A stretch of 64,000 nt of DNA from Felis catus (taxonomy: Eukaryota), in contig NC_058377.1 of the NCBI RefSeq assembly GCF_018350175.1, positions 114,886,001-114,950,000 on the forward strand. The letters are read 5' to 3'. Position 1 is the stretch's first letter. Every line of letters begins with the position of its first letter. The position numbers were made by a program, and so were the translations under genes. The notes under the pieces are model-generated. The model was not told the DNA's origin and made no database searches. It worked only from the letters and a program-made list of their open reading frames with translations. Below are positions 40,700 through 51,984 of this stretch, in pieces.

Positions 40700-43600
40700 G
40701 CGGACGTCTCTGCCCCACCGGACGGGTGACTCCAGCTCCAACTTCCCAGATGCCCCGGAGGTGGGGGGGGCCTCAGCTTTGTGTTTCCTGACGCGCAGCC
40801 CGGAGGCCACAACTCCCAAGTGTGTGGACCAGCGAGTGGGTGGTGGCACTGTCCCCGGCGGCCGTTGGCTACCCGCCTGCTGGGAGCCGCAGGCCCCGTC
40901 TCTGAGGTGATACGGCCCAGACTCGCTGCCTGATGGCCGCCGCCACACGGCCTTCCTTCTCTCTAGCATGAGGTTATACCCCGAGAACCCCGACCACCCA
41001 GAGGCCAGGCCAGCCCTGCGTCTTTCCACCTGCACTGAGGGGCAGAGGGCACAGGGGGCCAGAGAGGGATCGACGCCTGGAGTACTTGGCTGGCTCTGGA
41101 AACGAGACCTGCCTCCTCTGCTGACCAAGGGTGGTGCCTGAGGAAGTTGCCCATGTTCTGGAAGCTTCTGCGGGTTTCCAGAAGTGCCCTCGTGGCCTCC
41201 GAGCCCTTGGCCTGCCGTCGCCCTGTTTTCTCTGCACTCGTGAGGCTCGGGAGCTCCATTGTTCCGCGGGTGGGGGGGAGGTGAAGGCCCACCCCAGCCG
41301 GAGACACGCCCTGTGTGTGCAGCCGGCACGGCCCCTGGGCGCTGGCACGGTGGCACGCCTCCCTGGATTCTCCCGCTCACCTGCCGGTTCTGCGAACTGT
41401 GCATGTTCACACCCCTGTGGGAGGGGGAGAATTCCCCCGGCCCTGACCCTTCCTGGGCTCCTACTTCCAGAAAGTTCTCCCAAGTCTGTAGCACCCTAGA
41501 GACTTGGCTCTGGGGACGCTGGCTCCAGAACGAGCTGAGGGGGTGGCCAAAGTCCTGATAGGAAGGGGTGTGAGCATGGGGGTCCCGGCGATGCTGCTCT
41601 ATCTCCCGAGCCGAGCCTGGCTCCCAGAGGCGCCCTGGGGTCCGTGGGCCTGGCCTGGCCTCGCCACAGACCCCAGTCGGCTGCTCTCAGGGAGCCCGTC
41701 GTGGGCCCTGCTCCCCAGAAGCTGCTGCCTCTGCCCTCATGACCTCTGCAGACTAAGCTTGGATTTTCTTTTACTGAGTTTAGCACGTACTGGAGTCACC
41801 GAATTTCACCTTCCTGCCTTTGCCAGCACCTCTCAGGGAGATAAAGGCTGAGGAATCTGGGCACGTGCCCCAAGCTGAGGCCGTGGTGAGCGCCGAGATT
41901 TGACCTCGATGCCCCCCAGACTGCCCGCCCCCCACTGGGCACAATCTTCAGAGGTGCAGTGCTGCAGACAATGTGGGGGGAGGGGCACATCTCAGCCCTG
42001 GCCACCCCCCTGCTTCCCTGGGTTTGCTCAGCGTAGAGGTGGCAGGAAAGGGGACCGGGGGGCACGTCAGCCTCAGCAGAAGGGATCTGGGAGCACCCCC
42101 CCCCCAACTTGAAGACGTCGGCCACCCGCCTGCCCGGAAAGACTTCACGTGCGGGCCCCAGAGCCACTGCCTCCCTCTGGCGGCCAACTCCTTAAAACAG
42201 GACCCTCCGGAATGCACGTTGTGGGGGCAGCGCCTTCAAAGGGTATCGTTTCTAGGCCTGTGAAGTGTTCTTAGCCCTGGCTGGGGGAAGGCTTCTGGAA
42301 ATTGCCCTCGGGGGCCCAGGCTTCGAGGCTGGTCCACAGAGTTCCACGTCAGGGCTTCTGAGGGCATCTCCAGCCTCCAGGGACAGGCGAGGGGCCGGCC
42401 TCTGTCAGCCGGCGGTCAGCACAGGCTGGGCCGTTCAGGGCGCCGCAGGCTGGGGTGACCCTTGGCATCATCGGGCGCGGCTGAGTGAGCCTGATGGCCG
42501 AGGCGCCTCCGGGGGCCTCCCGGTCCGCCGGGCCCTCTGTGGCTCCCATGTACCTTTTGCTCCACCCCGTCCCCCTCGCCCACCTTGTCCCCCTCTGTTG
42601 GGAGCTGCAGATTCTGTCCAGAGGGCCAGCGGGGAGGGGGTGGGGTCCCCAGCAGCTCCCAGCCCATTCTCAGCTCTGTCGCCGAGGGCGAGGGCGGGTG
42701 CAGCTCACGAGGTCGGTCAGCCCACAGACCGGTGGGGAGGGGCCCACAGCTGGCTGGCAGGGGAGCTGCTGGCCGCGTCCCGATGGCGCGGCTCCACGGG
42801 CACACGTGAAGGGAGCATCGGGGGCACGTGGGGCCCCGAATCTGACCCTGCCCTCAGCCTGAGGGCCCCAGTGGCCCTGTCCCTGCCCTTTACTTCCAAG
42901 TCTGAAACCCCCGGGAGGGACCGTAGACCCAGCTCGGAGCAGGTGTCTGTGCCTGGGACAGCCATCCGGGGCTCCTGTCTGAATATCGGGGCTGCTCCCT
43001 GTGGGGAGACTCAGGGTGTCTGCTGCAGCTGCCCTCACGCTTCATGGGCAAGAAGGTGCCAGAAACTCAAGCAGCCGCCAGAGCCAGGGTCCACTGGGTG
43101 CCCCTCTCCCCACTCCCACTGAGACCCTGAGCAGGAGGGAAGGGGCGGCCCCCCTCTGTCCACAGAAGAGTTTAACATGCTGAGGTATCACCCAGCCTCA
43201 CAGCCCGTCATTTCTCAGGTTCGCAAGAAAACTTCGCGCCTCGAACCACAGACAGCGTCCCCGACACGGGAATAGTAACCCTGGGGCCCCAGGACCGGGA
43301 GGGCCCAGATGAAGTCCAGGTTGAGCTGTCCCTGGTCGGAGGGGCTCAGAGCTGCCCCCTCCTCCCTAGGAACAGGAGCCTTACTGTGAGCAGGGGGGCC
43401 AGTCAGCCACAGCACACGGGGCAGCTTGGTGGCTCTGCCCTGCTTCGGGCCGGGCACCTCCTCCTGGCTCCCCTGTTCTGGGCCTCGCCACCCCACGGGC
43501 AGCCTCAAGGCAGAGGATCGAGGAGGCTGCCTTGGTGGGCCCACCCACCCGGCCCCCCGGCCCCATCTCCTTGGGGCCTGGGACATCACCAAAGCCGGGA

Positions 43601-44237
43601 GCTGGCCGGGAGCCGTGCTCTGACCTGGGCCCGGCTCTGCTGAGTCTGTAAGGACAGTGGAGTGGACGCTTGGCTGGTCCTTGCAGAAGCAGGGGGCCCG
43701 GCTGCTGATGGCCTACGGTGGCTGCCTTCCCACTGGGGAAGTCTCAGGAAACTGCCCCCTCCCTGCAGGACAGCTGTCTTACACTCTCCACTGAAAGAGG
43801 GGCAACAGCTGGGGGTGGGGGTGCAGCTGGTGCCACGGTGTGTCAGGGAGGGAACCGTTCGGAGGAGGGTGTGAGTCACCATGGGTGAGCCCGTGGACAG
43901 CCCCACAAGCAGAGCCCAAACCTTCTTAGGCAAGAGCTGGTCTGGTTCTGGAAGCTTCTCCATGGGCGAGGCTGAATGGGCCTTTCTGGAGCCTCCCTGC
44001 CCAGCCTAGGGGCAGAACTGGCATCCCTCCCACCTGACCCTGAGCCAGGAGCCAGTTTGGTGGGGTCTGTTCTCTGGGCTTCCTCAGAAGGAAGGAGGGG
44101 TTCACTGGCCTGGCGGGGTGGGGGGGGGGGTCTGGGCTCCAGGTGGGGCAGAGGCCCCTCCTCCCGCTCCTCCCCACACCCCCCAGCCCACTCCCCCAGC
44201 CCACAGCCTCCCCAGCAGGCGTTTAGGAAGGAATTTG

Positions 44238-44243
44238 TTTAAT
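44238..44243 (-). terminator. DRD4: DRD4 polyadenylation signal ATTAAA
   Basis: Context TTTTGTACGACTAAGATTAAACAAATTCCTTCC, similar to the DRD4 3' end as I recall it. Confidence 0.75.
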
Positions 44244-44244
44244 C

Positions 44245-44561
44245 TTAGTCGTACAAAACCCCCTCCCTTACTGGGGTCCTGCCCCCGGAGGCATGGCCGG
44301 GTCCTCCCGGGCCCAGGTCCTCGCAGAGGACGCAGTGGGCGCACGCGGAGGGATCCGCCCAGCAGCAGAGGCGCAGGGCCTTGCGGAAGACGGTGCGGAA
44401 CTCGGCGTTGAAGACGGTGTAGATGACGGGGTTGAGGGCGCTGTTGACGTAGCCCAGCCAGGTGACCGCGCTGACCAACCGCGGGGGCACGGCGCAGGTA
44501 GGACACAGTCCCCGGGTGATGTGCACCACAAAGAAGGGAGTCCAGCACACCAGGAAGGCCC
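44245..44561 (-). CDS. DRD4: DRD4 exon 4 (TM6-7, helix 8, extension)
   Basis: Encodes [10 protein letters not shown]...[16 protein letters not shown]...GVLYD then TAA. Confidence 0.9.
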
Positions 44562-47500
44562 CTGGGGGCGGGGCCGGAGGGCGCGGTGAACCCGGGTCCC
44601 CGCGGCGCCCAGCCCGCCCTGGGCGCCTCCTCCCACCGGGGGCACTGCCACCTTCCGCTCCGCCCACCGACCCCAGGGCAGGTACCCACCGACCACCACC
44701 GGCAGGACCCTCATGGCCTTGCGCTCCCGGCCGGTGATCTTGGCGCGCCTCCTCCTGGGTGCCTGCCGCGGCGGCTCGGCTGGGACGGCGTCGGGGGGCG
44801 CGACGGCGTCGGGGGGCTCGCCGACCTCGGGGGGCGGTGGGCCGGGGCCGCTGGGCCGACGAGGCGCCCGGCAGTGCAGCTTGGCCTGGCGAGCCGCCTC
44901 CCAGNNNNNNNNNNNNNNNNNNNNNNNNNNNNNNNNNNNNNNNNNNNNNNNNNNNNNNNNNNNNNNNNNNNNNNNNNNNNNNNNNNNNNNNNNNNNNNNN
45001 NNNNNNNNNNNNNNNNNNNNNNNNNNNNNNNNNNNNNNNNNNNNGAGGCCGCACAGCACGGGCGCCGCCACCGCCGCCGACAGCAGCCACGTGGCGCCGA
45101 TGAGCAGCAGCTGACGCCCCCCGGCGCCCTGGCGGTTGTAGCTCAGCGGCACGGCCACCGCCACGAACCTGCAGGGGGGCGCGGTGAGGGCGGGCGGCAC
45201 GGGGCAGGGGGCGCGCGCGCGCGGCCGGGCGGCGGGGACTCACCTGTCCACGCTGATGGCGCACAGGTTGAAGATGGAGGCGGTGCAGAGCATGACGTCC
45301 ATCGCCATGAGCGCGTCGCAGAGGCCGGGACTGAACAGCCACACGCCACCCTGGACCTGCGCCCGGGGAGGGGGGGAGGGGGCAACAGACACAAGACCCG
45401 CTGACTGTCTTCCCGCAGTGGCCCCGGGGCCAGGAACCCGGCGCCGGCGCTTTCCGACCCCCCTCCTTTTAGGGGGAGCGGGTACTGAATATCAGCGGGG
45501 AGCGGGAAGAGGCCAGAGGTCCACAGGCCGAGCAGTCTTCACATTGAGCTGGGCGAGGGTCCCAGGGTCCCCCCAACTCCCATCCCCACCCTCCCCCCAC
45601 CCGTCGTCACACCCCTCACACCCCGTCTGTACCCCTCCAATCCTCCCCCCCACCCCTCCCCACCCCCGACACACTCCCTCCCCCTCCCACACCACTGCAA
45701 CCCTCCCCACCCCTCCCCCATCCATCCCCCACCACTCCCCCCACCCCTCCCCACTCCCCTCATACTCCCTACCTACTCCTCCAATCCTCCCCCACCCCCT
45801 CCCCACCCCCCACACTCCCTCCCCCACCCCATCCCTCCAACCCTCCTCCCACCCCTCCCCACATCCCTCACACTCCCTCCCTACCCCTCCAACCCTCCCC
45901 ACACACAACCCCCTCCCCCACCCGCACCCCTCTAACCCTCCCCCATCCCTCCCCACCCCCCACACTCCCTCCCCCACCCCATCCCTCTGACCCTCCTCCC
46001 ACCCCTCCCCACACCCCTCACACTCCCTCCCTACCCCTCCAACCCTCCCCACACATAACCCCCTCCCCCACCCGCACCCCTCTAACCCTCCCCCATCCCT
46101 CCCCACTCCCCTCACACTCCCTCCCTACCCCTCCAATCCTCCCCCCACCACCCTCCCCACCCCCACACACTCCCTCCCCCTCCCACACCGCTCCAACCCT
46201 CCCCCCCCACAACCCCCTCCCCCACCCCACCCCCTCCCCCCTCTCCAATCCCCCTCACACCTCTCCTCACCCCCCAACCCTCCCCCCCACCCCCACCCCC
46301 ACCCCCACCGGTTAAAACTGAGAAAGGCCTGGGGGAGACTCTGTAGGTGAGGTCAATGCTTGAAAGCCGGATCTCTGGCGAGAGGATCCCAGGGTAGGGG
46401 TGGTCCCAGGGATTCTGCTGCCCTGGAGCGTGAAGCCCCTGCCCCCATTTCCTCCCCACAGGATGGCTAAGAGTCCACCTGTCTGGTTAAACTGTCACTG
46501 CTCTGGGACTCGAGATTATCACCTCACATCTGTAGAGGAGGGGTGAAGACAGCATCCACGGAATTGCCCTGAGGATAAATCACCTAAAAGATATAAAGTC
46601 TCTGCGGTGCGCCTGGGGGGTCGGGGCTCAGGTCTTGATCTCACAGCTCCTGAGTTCGAGCCCCACGTCAGGCTCTGTGCTGAGAGCTCAGAGCCTGAAT
46701 CCTGCTTCAGATTGTGTGTCTTCCTCTCTCTCTCTGCCCCTCCCCTGCTCACACTCTGTCTGTCTCTGTCGCTCTCAAAAATAGACATTAAATTTTTTTT
46801 TAAAAGATATAAAGGCTCCTCACTGTGCCCAGTGCCCCCACCAAAGGCAAAGGAGCAGACAGCCACCCCCCCTACAGCCCCCCCCCACTCTACTGCCAAC
46901 CCCCCTCTACAGCCACCCCCCCCCCTCTAAATCCCCTCCCGCTGATTTGGGACGATTAGGAGCTTAGGAGCCCTCAGTCAGTGACGTCTGTCTGTGGCTC
47001 TGGGGGAGGGGCAGGTCATGGGTGTCCTTGTCCAGCTCTGCCCCAGCCTGGCCGGGACTCACCATGTCCGCCCTTAGAAAATTGGAGCCTCCCTTCCCCC
47101 CACGGCCCCTGACGCCGAGTTCCCAGCCCAGCCCTAAGCAGCTTTTCTCTGCCCAAACGGCAAAGCAGACAGGGCTGGCACCTAGCGGGACCCACCCAAG
47201 GGCCAGACCTGGTCTGGGGATGGAGCTTCTGGGCCCTGGTTCTTGACGGGGGCTCTGGAGCTCACAGAAGCCCCTGCCCTTGCTTCCACTGTCAGGGGTC
47301 AGGGCCTCCCCTCCTGCAGCCCCGCTCACTCCCCCTCAGCTCCTAGCAGCTGAGTGCCCCCTCCCCCCACCCCCACCCCCACCCCCCGCCCGCTATGGGC
47401 AGAGCATGTTTGTGAGCGAGGGTCTCCTTCCCTTGGGTGCTCTTGTGTGCGTGTGCCTGGTCACACACGGCTGTGGTTTGTGCAGTGATGTGTATGTGTC

Positions 47501-48211
47501 TCTGCGCCCCAGGGAGAGCCAGGGGGACTGAGCATGAATCTGCCTTTCCATCTGGCTCCCCTGGGGAATGGAACCCAGCTGAGGGGGTGGTGGGTGGCTG
47601 GACTGCCAAAGTCACCTGTTTCTGAGGTCCCTCCCTGGCTTGAAGGACAAAGACATCTCTTGGGGAGCAGACGCCAAAACAGGGGGACGAGGTACAGGTA
47701 CAGCGGAGGGAGGGCGGACAGTCGCCCAGCCGAGCGGGCTAACGGACACCGAGATGGCGGGGGCGGGGGGGGGGGGACGAGTGTCAGGGGACCGAGGCTC
47801 CAGTGGTCCTGGGGCCTGCACAGGTTCTCGAGGTTCCCGAGAAGCCGAGCGGCCGGGTCGCTCGGGTCCCCTGTGCGGACGGGGACAGGGGACGAAGGCG
47901 CAGGGGAGGAGCGCGCGCGTGCGGCGGGACCGCGGGCTCACCTCGGAGTAGACGAAGAGCGGCAGCACTAGCAGGGCGAGCAGCAGGTCGGCGGCTGCCA
48001 GGCTCACGATGAAGTAGTTGGTGGGCGTCTGCAGGGCGCGCTCGGCCGCCACGCTCACGCACACGAGCGCGTTCCCCGCGAGCACCGCGCCGATGAGCAG
48101 CACGCCCCCCGCCAGCGCCGCCGCCGCCCCGGGGGTCCCCGCGCCGCCGCCCGCTCCCGGCCCGCGCCCCTGCAGCAGCCCATCCGCGTCCGCGGCGCTG
48201 CGGTTCCCCAT
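44245..48211 (-). CDS. DRD4: Dopamine receptor D4 (join 47942-48211, 45244-45356, 44690-45168, 44245-44561); 392 aa as read, including a 38-aa C-terminal extension
   Basis: Starts [13 protein letters not shown]; TM3 [20 protein letters not shown]; [27 protein letters not shown]; [14 protein letters not shown]; FRKALRLCC. Phases are consistent across N-gap 44905-45044. Confidence 0.97.
44690..45168 (-). CDS. DRD4: DRD4 exon 3 (TM4 to ICL3 and start of TM6; contains N-gap)
   Basis: Encodes [14 protein letters not shown]...[10 protein letters not shown]...[17 protein letters not shown]. Confidence 0.95.
44784..44837 (-). repeat. DRD4: 18-bp coding repeat (about 3 units) in DRD4 ICL3
   Basis: Encodes [18 protein letters not shown]; GACGGCGTCGGGGGGC at 44784 and 44802. 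Confidence 0.75.
45244..45356 (-). CDS. DRD4: DRD4 exon 2 (TM3)
   Basis: Encodes [37 protein letters not shown]. Confidence 0.97.
45570..46310. repeat. C-rich (G-rich on the DRD4 sense strand) compound tandem repeat in DRD4 intron 1, with a 150-bp higher-order duplication
   Basis: cacactccctcccccaccccatccctc at 45811 and 45961. Confidence 0.9.
46605..46801 (+). mobile_element. Can-SINE in DRD4 intron 1
   Basis: SINE body; flanking TAAAAGATATAAAG repeats. Confidence 0.88.
47942..48211 (-). CDS. DRD4: DRD4 exon 1 coding part (N-terminus, TM1-2)
   Basis: MGNRS...[20 protein letters not shown]; donor GAG|GTGAGC. Confidence 0.97.
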
Positions 48212-48242
48212 GGCGCACCTGCCCCATGCGCCCGGGCGGGCG

Positions 48243-48263
48243 CTCAGCACCGCGGACAGAGCC
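48243..48263 (+). promoter_or_regulatory. RE1/NRSE (REST-binding) element in the DRD4 leader
   Basis: CTCAGCACCGCGGACAGAGCC vs consensus TTCAGCACCACGGACAGCGCC: 18/21, both cores intact, 2-nt spacer. Confidence 0.8.
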
Positions 48264-49304
48264 CGGGTCGCGAACCCCGGAGCCCCGCCCCCCGGGCCCG
48301 CCCCGAGCCCGGCCGGAGTCCCGCCCCGATCCGCCCCGCGCGGCCGGCCCCCGGGCGCTCGGAGGTGCGCCCCGTCTCGGACTTGTGCGCCCCGGGAGGC
48401 GGGCGGGCGGACAAATGCAGGCGCCCACGAGGTAGGCGTTAAGACTGGCACGCGCGGGCCCAGCGTCCCGCCGCGCGGCGCAGGGTCGGGGGAGGTCCGC
48501 GCGGGTCTGCGCCCGGAGACGCCGGGGGTGGAAGGTCGGCCGGACCACCCCTGGGGGAGTGCGGGCACCCGACGCCAGCGCCGTCCCGCCGGGCCCCAGA
48601 CACCCCGCGTCCCGCATGCGCCGGAGGGCTGTGTGCTCCCCGGGGCGGGGGGAGGGCTAGGGGGGGACTCCGGGAGGCGCCTCCGGGCGGAGGCGGGGCC
48701 GCTGCTCATCCGGCACCGGGAGACCCGAACTCCTCGCCGGCGGCCCCGTGGGCCCCCTGATGAGGCTTCCCTCGTTCATCCGACCCAACCTCACGTGCCC
48801 CAGGACATCCCCCCGAAATGATTGCAGACGCCGGTCTAGGGCCCTGCACCCCATCCTCTCGTCCCTGACCGAAACCACGCCCAGTTACTCCCCACCACGG
48901 CCACTGCCTGGTGCTTACTGCTCAGCATTAAATGACGTAACAGGAGGAAGGCACTCTCCAAGGAGTCACCTCCTTCACAGAGAAGAAAAAGCCCCAAATG
49001 AGAACCCTCTCACCTGCACCCACCAAGCCCACAATCACTAGATCCTGGGCCCTCCTCCCTGGAGCACTGAGGCCGTCCCGGGTCCATCACCCCACCTGCC
49101 ACCCCAGGACTGTGAGAGCATGGGAGGATCCTGGGACAGTGTCCCCAGGTCCACGAAGGTAAGACTATCACAGAGCAGATGCGTGGGACACTCAGAGTCA
49201 GCCAGAGACAGCTGTACATGACAGTCGGCCTGGACTGTCCTCTATCGGGCCACAAATGTGCACGGAAAGAACGTAGATGGAAAATGTATTTCAGCCAGAA
49301 TTTT

Positions 49305-49529
49305 CTTTAAAAAATTTTTTTGATGTTTATTTATTTTTGAAGGAGACAAGAGACAGAGTGTGAGTGGGGGAGGGGCAGAGAGAGAGGGAGACGCAGAATC
49401 CGAAGCGGGCTCCGGGCTCCGAGCTGGCAGCACAGAGCCCAATGTGGGGCTCGAACCCACGAGCTGCGAGATCACTACCTGAGCCGAAGCCGGGCACTCA
49501 ACCGAGGAGCCCCCCACCCCGGGCGCCCC
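49305..49529 (-). mobile_element. Feline Can-SINE; TSD TCAGCCAGAATTT
   Basis: SINE body plus direct repeats. Confidence 0.92.
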
Positions 49530-50089
49530 TCAGCCAGAATTTCCATTATGGACTTACTAAAATCAGAGTGACACCTACCTTTAGTGTCACTAAAGGGGCC
49601 GTGAAGTGGGTGCTCTGCCTGCATCCCTCTGTGGGATCATGTGATGCACATGGGACCCCTCAGTTTCCCTTTCTGGCTGCCCCCTGCCCCGGGAGGCTGG
49701 GACACTCAGGATGGGTCTGGAGCACAGAGTTGTTGCCAGGAATCCGGGATCCTGATTTCAAAGACAGCAGGGAACAGAGTGGCCACCTTGCTGAGCTCGA
49801 TCCCTTTCATGCACATTAGTAGAGGGAGGAAGGCTTTCTTCCTCTCTGAAGCTTCAAGCAAGAGAACTCACCGTCCTAGTGACTGGAGCAGTAGGAAGGT
49901 CATTCTCTCACAGGACACAAGTCCCAAGACGGGGGTGGCTTTGTGATCTTGGGTTGGATGCCAAGTAGCGGGTCTTTAGCGTCTGATCTGCCTGGCGTTT
50001 CCTCCTGGTCCCCAGATGTCTGCCAGCATTACGGGTGAAAAGGCAGTCTGGACCGGGAAAGGGCGCGTACAGTGTGGGTCTCTGATACA

Positions 50090-51960
50090 GGGTGCAGATC
50101 CAGAATATACGAAGAGCCCCGTCAAGTCAACGAGAAAAGACAGTCCAGTTTTAACGAGGGGAAAGGTCTGGAGGAGGCACGTTACAAACAGAGAACTCTC
50201 ACGGTCAGTAAGCTTGTGAGAAAGTGCTCGGTGTCATTGGCCACCGTGGATATGACAATAAAAATCACAAGGACGTGCCGTCGCACACTAGAATGGCAGG
50301 GGGAAAAAAAGCCAGACGTATGATGTGAAAATACTCTCCCGGACTGCAGCCTGACGCTTCCTTCTCCCAACTGCGCATTTGAGGTGATTCTTCTGTGGAA
50401 GGCACAAGCTGAGGTTCTTTTTTTCTCGCCTGTGGTTGTTCAACAACAACCCGCTCCCGTTGTTGAAAAGACCATCCTTTCACCACTGGCTTGCTTTTGA
50501 CCTTTTGTCAAAAAATCACTTGAGCGCCTTTTCTTTGTCTGTCTTTCCTTCCAGCGCCAACACACAGCCTCAGCCACTTTGGCTTTACGGCAAGTCACGA
50601 AATCGGGCTCTGTGAGCCCTTGAACTTTGTTCCTTCACAACAGTGTTTTGGCTTCTCCGGTTCTGTCTGTATGTATGGATTTTAAAGTCAGCTTGTCTGT
50701 ATCTACAAAAATAATCCTGCTGGGAATGTGATCGGGATCGTGCAGAATCCATACGATGATTTAGGGCAAATGGACATCTTCATGAGGTTAAGTCTTTGGT
50801 CTATGAACGTAGGTGTATCTCTCCACTTATTTGGATATTCTTGGAAGTCTTTCATCAGTATCTTGTTTTCAGCACATATTTTGTAAGATTCACAACTAAG
50901 TATTTCATGGCTTCTGGCGTATTTGGTAAGTGGTTCTGCTTAAAACTGTCATTTCCAGCTGTTCATTGCTAACGCGTAGAAATACAAGTTTTGTGTTTCC
51001 CTTGTGCGAAACCCTATTAATGCAAGGGTTTTTTTCTTTAGTTTTCTTCAGAATTTCTGCATAGATAATTATCTTGTTTTTTTTTAATTTAAATGTTTTT
51101 ATTTATTTTTTTTTCAACGTTTTTATTTATTTTTGGGACAGAGAGAGACAGAGCATGAACGGGGGAGGGGCAGAGAGAGAGGGAGACACAGAATCGGAAA
51201 CAGGCTCCAGGCTCTGAGCCATCAGCCCAGAGCCCGACGCGGGGCTGGAACTCACAGACCGCGAGATCGTGACCTGGCTGAAGTCGGACGCTTAACCGAC
51301 TGCGCCACCCAGGCGCCCCTGTTTTTATTTATTTTTGAGAGAGAGAGAGAGAGAGAGCATGAGCAGGGGAGGGGCAGAGAGAGAGGGAGACACAGAACCA
51401 GAAGCGGGCTCCAGGCTCGGAGCTGTCAGCACAGAGCCCGACACGGGGCTCGAACTCATGAACCGCGAGATCATGACCTGAGCCCAAGTCGGACACTTCA
51501 CCGACGGAGCCCCCCAGGCACCCCCAATCACGTTCAGCTCAAAATTCTCTTCTGTGACCACGGTCACGTAGAACTGGGATGTTTTGTTTCCAAATGTTGG
51601 TAGATTTCCTTGTCGACTTCCTGTCGTTTGCCTTTTGTTTGTTCCATCCCAGTGAGAAAAAGGTGCTGCGGAGGACCTCGGCTCCTTTACACTTGCTACG
51701 GTCTAGTTTATGGCCCAGAACATGATCTGTCACCGCAGATGTTCTGCTTGGAAGGAAGTGTGTTCTGCTGTGATGAGGTGGACGTGTGCGTCAGTCGGAT
51801 CAGGACGCTGCTCTTCGGATTTCTGTGTCCTGGCTCCTTTCCGGTCTGTTCTGTTAATTACTGAGAGAGGTGTTAGAGCCTCCATGGACAGTTGGTGGGA
51901 TTTTCGATTTCTCCCTTCGGCTCCAGCGCGTGTTCTTTGAAGACTTCTTGTAAGGGGCGT
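50090..51960. mobile_element. Fragmented old LINE-1 relics (mostly - strand) interrupted by SINEs
   Basis: tgttgaaaagaccatcctttc, gtctatgaacgtaggtgtatctctccacttattt. Confidence 0.7.
51076..51524 (-). mobile_element. Nested SINEs: young copy (about 51107-51319) inserted in the tail of an older copy
   Basis: TSD TGTTTTTATTTATTTTT at 51094 and 51320. Confidence 0.88.
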
Positions 51961-51984
51961 ATGCATTTAGAGGAGTGACCACCA

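Larger units (their letters stand above)
47700..48760 (-). promoter_or_regulatory. DRD4: DRD4 CpG island / TATA-less GC-box promoter
   Basis: CpG-dense, with multiple CCCCGCCCC boxes at about 48280-48340. Confidence 0.8.

Noticed and set aside
44245-45342. 365-aa track ORF ending in DRD4 TM6-7
   Set aside because: Chimera of an alternative frame and unspliced introns 2-3 that falls back into the DRD4 frame; not a separate gene
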